From Candidatus Taylorbacteria bacterium RIFCSPHIGHO2_01_FULL_46_22b (GTDB taxonomy: Bacteria > Patescibacteriota > Minisyncoccia > Phycocordibacterales > DSPV01): DNA of 59,487 nucleotides. Shown piece after piece: positions 6,950 to 15,414 of the stretch. The stretch covers positions 59,318-118,804 of the forward strand of contig MHRF01000007.1 in assembly GCA_001820875.1 (NCBI GenBank). Reading direction: 5' to 3'. The position numbers and the translations under genes were made by a program. Every line of letters begins with the position of its first letter. Position 1 is the stretch's first letter. The notes under the pieces are model-generated. The model saw only the letters and a list, made by a program, of their open reading frames with translations, was not told where the DNA came from and did not search any database.

Positions 6950-9109
6950 CTATTCGAAATGAATCGCATCTTGCCGTTCGAGTCTCTCTTTCAAAAGGGA
7001 ATGTTTTGTGAGCATCGGATCTGTATCTATAATCGCTCGCGCTTCGGTTCGTGCAGCTTCCACCATTTTGATATTTTGCAAGGCTTCCATTGCAACGTCA
7101 GATACTCCCCATTGTTTTCGTCCGTATAGTTCACCGGTGCCACGAAACTCAAGATCGCGCTCTGCAAGCTCGAATCCGTTTTTTGCCGTTTGTAGTGCTT
7201 TGAGGCGAGCAAGCGCAGTTTTTGTCTTGCTTTCGGTGAATACGTAACAGTACGCCTGATCATTTGATCGGATGATGCGCCCGCGCAATTGGTGAAGTTG
7301 GGCAAGTCCGAATCGTTCTGCACCCTCGATAATCATGACGGTTGCATTCGGGACGTTTACGCCGACTTCAACCACTGAAGTTGAAACGAGAATTTTTTTC
7401 CGTCCGTCTTTAAACATATCCATCACTTTTTCTTTGTCGTCATTTTTCATTTTGCTGTGGAGTATGTCAATTTCATATTCGGGAAATACTTCTTTTTTCA
7501 GACGGGTTGCTTCAGCGATGGCGGATTTTGCCTGCAGTGCAAGTTCTTTTGTCGGATCGGGTTCGTCAATACGAGGGCAGATCACAAATGCCTGACGTCC
7601 TAGAGCAAGTTGTTTTCGCACTTTTTCGTACACTTCATTTCGATTTTCGGGATCGATGATTTCGGTGATAACCGGTTTTCGCCCTACAGGCATTTCATCC
7701 AATACTGATAAATCGAGATCGCCGTAAATGGTGAGTGCGAGTGTGCGCGGAATTGGAGTTGCGGTCATGGAAAGGAGGTGTGGTTTCAACTCTTCTTTGG
7801 TGGTGAGTTTTTGTCTCTGCAGAGTGCCAAACCGATGTTGTTCATCGATAATCACAAATGCGAGGTGTTTGAACTTCACACTTTTTTGAATCAGGGCATG
7901 TGTGCCGACAAGAATTGGAATCTCTCCATTACCCACCCATTTAAGCAGTTGTGTGCGCGATATGTCGGTTGATCCGTGCGGATTTACTTTTGAGGGGAAT
8001 TTCCGACAACCACTTCCGGTAATGAGGCCAACATTGACCCCAAGATGCGCGAAATATCCCACAAATGATTCAAACTGTTGTTTCGCAAGAACTTCGGTTG
8101 GGACCATGTAAGCAACTTGTAGATGCCCAAAATCTTGTCCCGAAGGGCGACTGGTGATGACGGCATATGCGGTTGTGGCGGCCACTGCCGTTTTTCCCGA
8201 TCCAACATCTCCTTCAAGGAGTCGTGCCATCGGGTGTCCGCGTTTGAAATCAGAAAGAATTGTTTGTATAGACGAGTGTTGTCCTTTGGTTGGAGAGAAT
8301 GGAAAACGAGATATGAATGATTGCAGAGATTCTTTTGATGGCTCGATTACGAATGCCTTTTCGCGCTCGAATTCTTTCCGCGCGCGCTGTTTCTCAAGTT
8401 GTATGAAAAATATTTCTTCAAATGCGAATCGTTTTCTTGCCGCCTGCGCATCCTTTTCGTTTTTTGGGGTATGAATCCAGATAAGCGCCGTGCGGAGAGT
8501 GGGGAGGTGATAGCGCGCTAGTATTTCTTCAGGAATATCTTCAGTGAGCCTGTCGAGTATTCCTGCTTGGAGAACTTTTTGTACGGCGTGATAGAGCCAA
8601 TTTGACGTGATCCCTCTCGTCTCGGGATATACCGGATGGAGCGCGTGGAGTTCGTGCTCGGCGCCGAACAAGTTTTCTGAAGTTGAAGGAATCCGTTCAA
8701 CTCGCTCGGCTTTTGGGTTTGAGAAATATTTTACTCCTTTGCGTTCCGCAACATTTCCTTCAATGCGCACGAGTGTTCCTTCGCCGAGCATTTTTGCCAG
8801 ATACGGCTGGTGAAACCAGATTATTTTTATCGAGCCCGTGTCATCGGTCAGGATTCCTTCCGCCATAGGGATTCGTTTGTGAAATGCTTTGAGGGTTTTC
8901 AGTCCGTGGATTCTGCCGTAGACGACGGCGCTTGAACCGGTTTGAAGCGAGGCTATGGTTTTTGTCTCCGAATTTTTTTCGTAGCGGGAAGGAAAGTGAT
9001 GCAAGAGGTCGTCAGCGGTTTGTATACCGAGCTTCGTGAGAGCCTTTTTCTGCGCGGGGCGGATTTGGAGCAGTGTATCGAGGGGAGTCGGGGAGTGCAT
9101 AACAGACAT
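6950..9109 (-). CDS. recG: ATP-dependent DNA helicase RecG
   Basis: An OB/wedge-type N-terminus. Helicase motifs GDVGSGKT and DEQHRFG, plus RGRIIRS in the C-terminal domain. The start was set at MSVMHSP (9109); the ORF extends to 9172. Confidence 0.9.
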   Translation of the reverse strand: MSVMHSPTPLDTLLQIRPAQKKALTKLGIQTADDLLHHFPSRYEKNSETKTIASLQTGSSAVVYGRIHGLKTLKAFHKRIPMAEGILTDDTGSIKIIWFHQPYLAKMLGEGTLVRIEGNVAERKGVKYFSNPKAERVERIPSTSENLFGAEHELHALHPVYPETRGITSNWLYHAVQKVLQAGILDRLTEDIPEEILARYHLPTLRTALIWIHTPKNEKDAQAARKRFAFEEIFFIQLEKQRARKEFEREKAFVIEPSKESLQSFISRFPFSPTKGQHSSIQTILSDFKRGHPMARLLEGDVGSGKTAVAATTAYAVITSRPSGQDFGHLQVAYMVPTEVLAKQQFESFVGYFAHLGVNVGLITGSGCRKFPSKVNPHGSTDISRTQLLKWVGNGEIPILVGTHALIQKSVKFKHLAFVIIDEQHRFGTLQRQKLTTKEELKPHLLSMTATPIPRTLALTIYGDLDLSVLDEMPVGRKPVITEIIDPENRNEVYEKVRKQLALGRQAFVICPRIDEPDPTKELALQAKSAIAEATRLKKEVFPEYEIDILHSKMKNDDKEKVMDMFKDGRKKILVSTSVVEVGVNVPNATVMIIEGAERFGLAQLHQLRGRIIRSNDQAYCYVFTESKTKTALARLKALQTAKNGFELAERDLEFRGTGELYGRKQWGVSDVAMEALQNIKMVEAARTEARAIIDTDPMLTKHSLLKERLERQDAIHFE

Positions 9110-9222
9110 TGTACCGCGTCTGACGCCGGATTCTCTAGGTGTATCCCGAGTCGATGCTTTTCCACAACACACCTCGTAGTATCTATTGTAGACTTAGAAA
9201 GTTACTAGCTCTCTTTTTGTAT

Positions 9223-10653
9223 ATGGGAAACCAGCGATATATACAAGCAGTAGCGGGGACTTTCTTGTTTCTGCTTATGTTTTGTGGCGTCTCCGTTGTC
9301 TATGCATCGGATGATCACGATTCTCATTGGGATTGGGGCGATCAGGGTGGTCGATATTCTTTTTGTGATCAAAATTGGGGCGGGTGGTGGAATAGGTTTA
9401 ATTTTTGCAATGATAGGCACAGTGAAAAGCCGCCGCTTGTATATTTGTTTGCTACTAAATATGCGATTAAAGCAGGAAAGTCGACGACCTTGTATTGGGA
9501 TGCAAAGCGCGCTGACAGCTGTACTGTTTCAGGAAGCGGGTGGAGTGGTAGTCGGCCTATAAAGGCAGAAGAAATTGTTAGTCCTGCAGTTACCACTACC
9601 TACATAATTACTTGTACCAACACATTTGGAAGTTATACCGATTCGGCTACGATTACCGTTAAAGGAGTAATTCCGCCACCCCCACCTCCTCCTGCGCCAG
9701 AACTTTCTCTGGGCGCTCTTCCGCTTATTGTGATTGTGGGCAACACATCGACATTGTCGTGGTCTTCGACAAATGCAACTACTTGTGAAGCTTCAGGCGG
9801 CTGGAGTGGTACGAAAATTTTGTCGAGCAATGAAATTGTTGCTATTTCTGCCACTACGACATATTCGCTTGCCTGCGGCAATGGAATTGCGACAACCAGC
9901 AAATCGGTAACCGTTGATGCTGTTATTCCTCCGCCTCCTCCAGTTGATGCGTGCCTCAATATCGAAGGAGTGCAGGAAACTATTCCCAATGGATATCATC
10001 TCGATAGCGGTCAATGTGTCCCAGATATACCCGAGACTCTTGATCTTTGTTCAAATATTGAAGGAGAACAGACGACTATTCCGGACGGGTATCACGCAGA
10101 GGGAAGCGAGTGTCTTCCAGATGCGGTGCCCCCAACAGGTATAGATCATGTGGTGATTAATGAAGTGTATTACGATGTGGATGCTGTGCATGGAGTTGAG
10201 ACTACTGGTTCAAACAATAATGAATGGATTGAGTTGTATAACGGCACAGGCGCACCGGTTGATATTGGCGGATGGAAGATTTCTGACGCGAACGCCACTG
10301 ATACATTGCCGAGCATTATTTTACCGGACGGCGGTTCTGTAATCATTACAGGGACTTCTACCACCGCTTCATTCTGGGATTTCCACGGGGCACCCGTTAT
10401 CGTACTCAACAGTGCTATTGGCAATAGTCTTTCGAACACAGGGGATGTAGTCTATCTCTCAAATATATCAGGCGTAGTGGACGCGGTAAGTTATGGGGAA
10501 AACACAGATGCTTTTAGTCCTTCTGTGATAGATGTTGTTGAGGGGCACTCAATACAGCGTATTGATCCAGATGTTGATACTGACACAGCGACTGATTGGG
10601 AGGGTTCTGAAGTTCCCACATCAGGGAGTTTAGGGCCGGTGGTGCCGATTTAG
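9223..10653 (+). CDS. secreted protein with Ig-like repeats, polyproline linkers and a C-terminal lamin-tail (LTD) domain
   Basis: Signal-like N-terminus from MGNQRY. Repeats of the type S.L.W....A.SC..SGGWSG....TTTY.L.C. PPPPPPP linkers. INEVYYD...NEWIELYN...DIGGWKISD is typical of LTD. Confidence 0.75.
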   Translation: MGNQRYIQAVAGTFLFLLMFCGVSVVYASDDHDSHWDWGDQGGRYSFCDQNWGGWWNRFNFCNDRHSEKPPLVYLFATKYAIKAGKSTTLYWDAKRADSCTVSGSGWSGSRPIKAEEIVSPAVTTTYIITCTNTFGSYTDSATITVKGVIPPPPPPPAPELSLGALPLIVIVGNTSTLSWSSTNATTCEASGGWSGTKILSSNEIVAISATTTYSLACGNGIATTSKSVTVDAVIPPPPPVDACLNIEGVQETIPNGYHLDSGQCVPDIPETLDLCSNIEGEQTTIPDGYHAEGSECLPDAVPPTGIDHVVINEVYYDVDAVHGVETTGSNNNEWIELYNGTGAPVDIGGWKISDANATDTLPSIILPDGGSVIITGTSTTASFWDFHGAPVIVLNSAIGNSLSNTGDVVYLSNISGVVDAVSYGENTDAFSPSVIDVVEGHSIQRIDPDVDTDTATDWEGSEVPTSGSLGPVVPI

Positions 10654-10665
10654 AGAATTCTGAAG

Positions 10666-10962
10666 CTAAAGTTGTAACGAGAAAACCATCACGATTGGGA
10701 GGAGTGCAACAATAATTTGGAGCGCCAAGATCATAGACGTTTGTTTTGGTGCGTGGGGAAACCATTTAACGGCAAAGAATCCCAACATAAAAGGTTCAAG
10801 TAAGAGCCAGAGTTGGAAGAGATGCGCGCCGACACCTTCGTCTGCGTTTGGATCAGGGGTCGGCATACCGTTTAATGCAATGTAGGGGAGAATATATGCG
10901 AGAAACAGGAGAGGAATTATTATTGGGATCCACGCGCTCGGTTTTTTGAGGAGAGAAAGCAT
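10666..10962 (-). CDS. membrane protein, unknown function
   Basis: 98 aa with three predicted hydrophobic helices. Confidence 0.5.
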   Translation of the reverse strand: MLSLLKKPSAWIPIIIPLLFLAYILPYIALNGMPTPDPNADEGVGAHLFQLWLLLEPFMLGFFAVKWFPHAPKQTSMILALQIIVALLPIVMVFSLQL

Positions 10963-11018
10963 GTCCTTATTGTAACGCTTTTTGAGATTCTTTGGTTACG
11001 TGGTTATTGTGAAGGTTA

Positions 11019-11048
11019 TTGACCAAGTGGCATTATTTATGTTATAAT
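11019..11048 (+). promoter_or_regulatory. sigma70-type promoter
   Basis: TTGACC (11019-11024), 18 nt, TATAAT (11043-11048), upstream of the lipoprotein gene. Confidence 0.55.
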
Positions 11049-11108
11049 TATATCAGACTTCAGACAACCTGAATTCTTTTGCAACAACCCCGAAAGGAAA
11101 AAAAGAAA

Positions 11109-11600
11109 GTGAAAGCTCAAAAACTACTCTCGCTGGTGACTGCAGTCGTCGCCCTCGTCGCTACTGGCTGCCAAGAAACTCGGATCGAACAGTCGAGTGT
11201 CCTCTATGAGTCGGCAACGATCCTGTCCGCGGTGCACACACCCTCACATCACAAATTGGGGGTCAAGGCCACCACGGCCGACAAAGAAGATTTGGTTGGC
11301 ATTGATTTTGGCGGCAACCTCGGGCTGAATTTGGGGAACGGCATGCAGGTGAGCGCTGTTGAGGTCCCTGAAAAGTTTGCCGTCGTCTTTGACTGCGAAC
11401 ACGGTCAATTTATCGTCCAACGCAAAGAGCTCTACGATAAGCTCAAAGGCGTCGTCGGGAAACGAGTGGTTGTCTCCTACAAGGAGAACTACCGAGTCAC
11501 CTACGACAAGGATGATACGGGGAAGAAAGTTGAGACCTCGCGGGTCTTAATTGGCTACGATTTCATCAATGCATCTGTCGTCGAGAAGGCGGAAAAGTAA
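11109..11600 (+). CDS. lipoprotein, unknown function
   Basis: A GTG start after AAAGGAAA. The signal peptide has the lipobox LVATGC. A hairpin follows the stop. Confidence 0.6.
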   Translation: MKAQKLLSLVTAVVALVATGCQETRIEQSSVLYESATILSAVHTPSHHKLGVKATTADKEDLVGIDFGGNLGLNLGNGMQVSAVEVPEKFAVVFDCEHGQFIVQRKELYDKLKGVVGKRVVVSYKENYRVTYDKDDTGKKVETSRVLIGYDFINASVVEKAEK

Positions 11601-11747
11601 CGTCGGTTGGTTCGTGCAGACCCTGCTTTTAGCGCAAGCTATCGGCAGGGTTTTTGTTTAGACACGAAAGATAGTGGAAAAGGCCCTGAAGTGTCTTGTA
11701 TAAACGAAGTTTGGTAATATAGAATAATAGAATAACAGTATTAAAAT

Positions 11748-12224
11748 ATGACGCCAAAAAATACAATTTGTCTCTGGTTTAATAAAGATGCGGAAACTGC
11801 AGCGAATTTTTATGCCGCTACTTTTCCCGAGAGTTATATAGGTGCTGTTTTTCATGCGCCCAGCGATTTTCCGAGTGGCAAGAAAGGCGACGTGCTGACG
11901 GTTGAGTTCACCGTCTGCGGAATTCCGTGTGTCGGTCTGAATGGTGGTCCGGCATTCAAACAAAGTGAAGCATTTTCCTTTCAGATTGCAACGGACAATC
12001 AGGAAGAAACTGATCGCTATTGGAACGCAATTGTTCAGAATGGCGGTCAGGAGAGCGAGTGCGGGTGGTGCAAAGACCGCTGGGGAGTATCATGGCAAAT
12101 TACGCCGCGCACACTAGTTCAGGCATTCACAGCTGGTGGTGCAGAAGCAAAACGTGCTTTTGACGCAATGATGACAATGGGCAAAATCGACGTCTCTGCT
12201 ATTGATGCTGCGCGGCGAGGCTAA
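11748..12224 (+). CDS. VOC/PhnB-like protein (3-demethylubiquinone-9 3-methyltransferase domain family)
   Basis: ICLWFNKDAETAANFY...FTVCG...LNGGP.F....AFSFQI......ETDRYW......GG.ES.CGWCKDRWGVSWQI matches this family closely. Confidence 0.8.
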   Translation: MTPKNTICLWFNKDAETAANFYAATFPESYIGAVFHAPSDFPSGKKGDVLTVEFTVCGIPCVGLNGGPAFKQSEAFSFQIATDNQEETDRYWNAIVQNGGQESECGWCKDRWGVSWQITPRTLVQAFTAGGAEAKRAFDAMMTMGKIDVSAIDAARRG

Positions 12225-12343
12225 AATCGTCCGCCAATTGTGCAAGAAAATTTATTTTATTGTTTTCTCTGTTCAACAAAAAACGCCCTGAAGGGTTATT
12301 TTTGGATAAGGTGAGTTGAAGTTGGAGTTTGTTCTTACGTCAA

Positions 12344-12619
12344 TTAGAACGGTTTTGCAATCTTTTCCTCATCCACTTTTACTTGGTGTGAATCAATCAA
12401 TGACTTCAGATGACTCCTGAAAGCTTGCATCGAAATTTTTCCTTCTCTTGCGTCGGAGAGAACTTGAAAACTTTCAGCCTTATTTAGTTTTAACCCAAGC
12501 GCGATGACACCCATATTGAAACCAAGCTGAACCTTTCTCTCTTCGGATAGATCATCCCAATGTTCTACTTGTGTAAAACGAAGCACTTGTTCGCACCCAT
12601 GAATAATAAAATCATCCAT
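12344..12619 (-). CDS. hypothetical protein (91 aa)
   Basis: ORF with the start set at MDDFIIHG, which has AGAAAGG upstream. No family recognised. Confidence 0.4.
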   Translation of the reverse strand: MDDFIIHGCEQVLRFTQVEHWDDLSEERKVQLGFNMGVIALGLKLNKAESFQVLSDAREGKISMQAFRSHLKSLIDSHQVKVDEEKIAKPF

Positions 12620-12682
12620 ACCGATAAAGGTAACCTTTCTTACGAAGAATATCAATTACGCAATACCAGATTTTCTTGGCAG

Positions 12683-12811
12683 GGAGAGTGGAAGTTTCGA
12701 AGCTTACAGCTTCAGTATCCGTTTCTGATTTTTTATTCGCCTTCGGCTCTAAAAAATCTAGAGAACGGCTTCGAATCCCACACGCAGGCATAACATGCCT
12801 GCTCCTCTCCG
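12683..12811 (+). pseudogene. degenerate tRNA-Ser-like element in inverted orientation to the tRNA-Ser gene
   Basis: CTTCGAATCCCAC (12769-12781), a 22-nt hairpin insert ACGCAGGCATAACATGCCTGCT, then CCTCTCCG (12804-12811). Compare GTTCGAATCCCAC-CCTCTCCG at the 3' end of tRNA-Ser (30741-30827). The 5' GGAGAG (12683-12688) can pair with CTCTCC. The hairpin GCCGC-TTGC-GCGGC follows. Confidence 0.4.
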
Positions 12812-12998
12812 TTAACAAAATTGGCCGCTTGCGCGGCTCAATTTTCGTAAAAACGGGCTACTCGGGTATGGTACCCAGAGATTTAAGCCTTGTAATGGTA
12901 TTCTAGCGCATTTTCTGCTGAGACGCCGAGGTACGTGGGTCGGGGGGTCTAGTTTCCAGAAAGTTACAAAAGTGACACAGGAACGGGACACTCATGTG

Positions 12999-13721
12999 TC
13001 ACTTTTTTATCCCATCAAACAGAGAACTAAAATCGAGACCTAGTCGGAGCATTTCGCTACGAAGATGGAGCAGTCCTTGCCACGCTTTCTTGTGGCACAC
13101 CCGGAATGGCTTCCCTGAACCGCACAAACAGGACCGTTCCGCGCTTGGTTTTCGTAGTTGCTTATGGTACTCCTTCCAATTCAGATCCTTCCGCATCGAC
13201 GGTAAAACCTCCGCAATGTCCTCTACCGTTTGAGGAGTAGTATCTTCTGCATAAAATTCAAGTAACCCCATGCTGCCATGTGAATAGTCGCCCCATGGCC
13301 AAATGCGATGGTGTTCATAGTGAACGAGTCCATACAAATACGGTACCGCCAGTTCCTCAACAAATACAAATAGGTCTGAACTCGGCGGAAACTTTCGCTT
13401 TTCAATTTGTTTTACACATACACACACAGTGCCATCCTTATTTCGATGAAGCGTTCGCAAATCAGTTAGCCCTAACTTTTCGGCGATGACTTCAGTGCGT
13501 CCTCCGATTTCATACAGTGCTGGCACACGACTCGAGTTAGGATTTGTTGCCGTGATTCGTACTTGAAAACTATCCTTTAGCGGCTTGCCATCATAAACCG
13601 CATCCATCTCCAGAGTGCCCTCTACCGTGCCAGACCCTGTTCTTTTAAGTCCTGGATATCGTGTTTTTACTGCCGATATTTCTTCATCGGAGAATGCCGT
13701 GGACATGGCTACTGTGCCCAA
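12999..13721 (-). CDS. SEC-C motif protein, N-terminal domain unknown (possible E2/UBC-like)
   Basis: C-terminal CLCGSGKPFRVCH is a SEC-C metal-binding motif. The N-terminal beta-rich region is followed by LHRNKDGTVCVCV. The gene overlaps the upstream TIR gene by 13 nt. Confidence 0.7.
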   Translation of the reverse strand: MGTVAMSTAFSDEEISAVKTRYPGLKRTGSGTVEGTLEMDAVYDGKPLKDSFQVRITATNPNSSRVPALYEIGGRTEVIAEKLGLTDLRTLHRNKDGTVCVCVKQIEKRKFPPSSDLFVFVEELAVPYLYGLVHYEHHRIWPWGDYSHGSMGLLEFYAEDTTPQTVEDIAEVLPSMRKDLNWKEYHKQLRKPSAERSCLCGSGKPFRVCHKKAWQGLLHLRSEMLRLGLDFSSLFDGIKK

Positions 13722-14317
13722 GGACCGGATGGATTATTGATAACAGTAGGACCGGTTGTCGCATAAGACTTTTGTGACAACGGCGTTGCTGTGGAATGGC
13801 GGTCAAGAGTACCCGCCTTAAGCGTGATCTCGCCCTTGTATTGTGTTCGTGCACTCGCCGCTTCATCTGCCCATGTACCTAGGTTGTTGCGGCCATCGTT
13901 GTTTACCCAATCGTAGGTTTTGCAGACCGAGGAAAGCGGCTGTCCGTTTGCTAGGTAGATATTATCTAGCGGATTGATACCTTGCGCATCAGTTTTGTTC
14001 TCTTGGTCTTTGACGTTATGAATGTAGAGGCCAATAATTGCATTGCCGCGCTCCCAGCTGGTGCGGATTTCATAATCGACCCATGGGCGCTGTGATGTCT
14101 CTGCGCCAATCAGCACAACCGTAACCGAGGTGCCTTCAAGTTGTTCCTTAATCCAGTTTTCTATTGCCTTATCGCCCTTGCGTTTAATTTCCTCCCATGC
14201 CGCAGCGTCAATGAATCCGTACTCGTCCTCGTTTGGAAGAAGGTCACTGTTGCGTACCTGGCCAGCTCGCCAGGCATCGCGCTCGTAATGGAAACTGAAG
14301 AATATTTTTCGAGTCAT
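13709..14317 (-). CDS. TIR-like protein of the ThsB / DUF1863 type
   Basis: KIFFSFHYERD...VTVVLIG..T..RPWVDYEI...ERGNAIIG..IHN and the C-terminal YDWVNNDG all match the Thoeris ThsB-type TIR family. The conserved Glu lies in WVDYEI. Confidence 0.85.
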   Translation of the reverse strand: MTRKIFFSFHYERDAWRAGQVRNSDLLPNEDEYGFIDAAAWEEIKRKGDKAIENWIKEQLEGTSVTVVLIGAETSQRPWVDYEIRTSWERGNAIIGLYIHNVKDQENKTDAQGINPLDNIYLANGQPLSSVCKTYDWVNNDGRNNLGTWADEAASARTQYKGEITLKAGTLDRHSTATPLSQKSYATTGPTVINNPSGPWAQ

Positions 14318-14321
14318 AGTT

Positions 14322-14714
14322 TTAGATAAATATAAATATAATAATGTGCGCTACTGCCAACCCTCCGTAGAACAGCCGCATCGTTTCCGAGAATGCACAT
14401 CCACCGACAGTTACCTCCTTCTCAAATGGCTTCGTGTTCATAGAGAAATCTGTGTTGTCACCTTCCGATGTGCTTACGCGCTCGTAGAGTTTGATGAATA
14501 AACGTTCTCGGGAAAGATAGTAGCTATCAAGTCGCCAAAACAGGACGAGGACTACCAATGAGATTAGGAGGTATAACGGATCCACCTCCTTGAAGGTCAA
14601 TGCGAACAGAGCGCCGACAATGGTGACCGCCCAGCCCTTCAGTAGAAACGAGTTGCCGGCCATCCGGTTGATGGTCGACTGAATGAATTCGAGGTGTTTG
14701 AGTTTTGCTTCCAT
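14322..14714 (-). CDS. small 3-TM membrane protein, candidate effector (SLATT-like topology)
   Basis: 130 aa. An amphipathic N-helix, two adjacent TM helices (WAVTIVGALFALTF and LYLLISLVVLVLFW), a helical stretch YYLSRERLFIKLYERV, then a C-terminal TM. Gaps of 4 nt to both neighbouring genes. Confidence 0.6.
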   Translation of the reverse strand: MEAKLKHLEFIQSTINRMAGNSFLLKGWAVTIVGALFALTFKEVDPLYLLISLVVLVLFWRLDSYYLSRERLFIKLYERVSTSEGDNTDFSMNTKPFEKEVTVGGCAFSETMRLFYGGLAVAHIIIFIFI

Positions 14715-14718
14715 ATGT

Positions 14719-15354
14719 TTAGTACAGGTCAGGCGGCAGAACTCCCATCACCACACCTTGAATAATGCAGTTATCTGTTAATACGATCGGCGTGTGCGGA
14801 TCGGACGACTTCGGGCGAAGAATCACCACGCCGTTTTTTCGTTCCAGTATCTTTACCGTCGCTTCGTCGTTGATGAGCGCGACAACGATCTGGCCGTCGT
14901 CTGCGGACCCCTGCTGACGGACGAGCACGATACTTCCATCATCAATACTCACACCGCTAACCCTCGCTTGGTTCATCGACGTACCGACTACACGGAGCAA
15001 AAAGTACGTAGACCCGGGACGTGCAAGCGCGGTTGAGACCGATATGATTGCTTCGACATTTTCCTCCGCAAGCATAGGTGCACCGGCGGCGATGCCGCCG
15101 ACAAGTGGCACCTCAACGGTGGAGACCGAGGAGTTGGATTCGAGACTCGGACTAGTGAGTCGAATTCTTCGTCCTGCGCGCCGAATCAGTCCGGCCTTCT
15201 CAAGACGCTCAAGAGAAAGGACGGCAGAGCGCGGGGACGATCGCTCGGTGACCTCGTTTATCTCCCGCAGGGTAGGCGCATCAAGACCGTGAACCAGGCG
15301 GTTCCGGATGAGGGTATAGACCTTCTTATCGCTCTCGCTGAGGTGATCTAGCAT
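14719..15354 (-). CDS. LexA-like / cI-like S24 repressor (second paralogue)
   Basis: A wHTH N-terminus. Ala-Gly site GIAAGAP, Ser motif VGTSM and Lys in ATVKILERK. The start was set at MLDHLSE (15354), directly behind a TTGCAA-17-TATACT promoter. The ORF extension to 15750 was rejected. Confidence 0.8.
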   Translation of the reverse strand: MLDHLSESDKKVYTLIRNRLVHGLDAPTLREINEVTERSSPRSAVLSLERLEKAGLIRRAGRRIRLTSPSLESNSSVSTVEVPLVGGIAAGAPMLAEENVEAIISVSTALARPGSTYFLLRVVGTSMNQARVSGVSIDDGSIVLVRQQGSADDGQIVVALINDEATVKILERKNGVVILRPKSSDPHTPIVLTDNCIIQGVVMGVLPPDLY

Positions 15355-15414
15355 AGGTATAAACAAGTATACACCCAAGTGGACTTTTTTGCAAGGGCTT
15401 GCTAGACTATAGAT
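15355..15414. promoter_or_regulatory. divergent promoter/operator region
   Basis: On the minus strand: TTGCAA (15389-15394), 17 nt, TATACT (15367-15372). The palindrome GTATA-N6-TATAC (15357-15372) overlaps that -10 box. On the plus strand: GTGGAC, 18 nt, TAGACT (15403-15408), 6 nt before the ATG at 15415. Confidence 0.5.
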
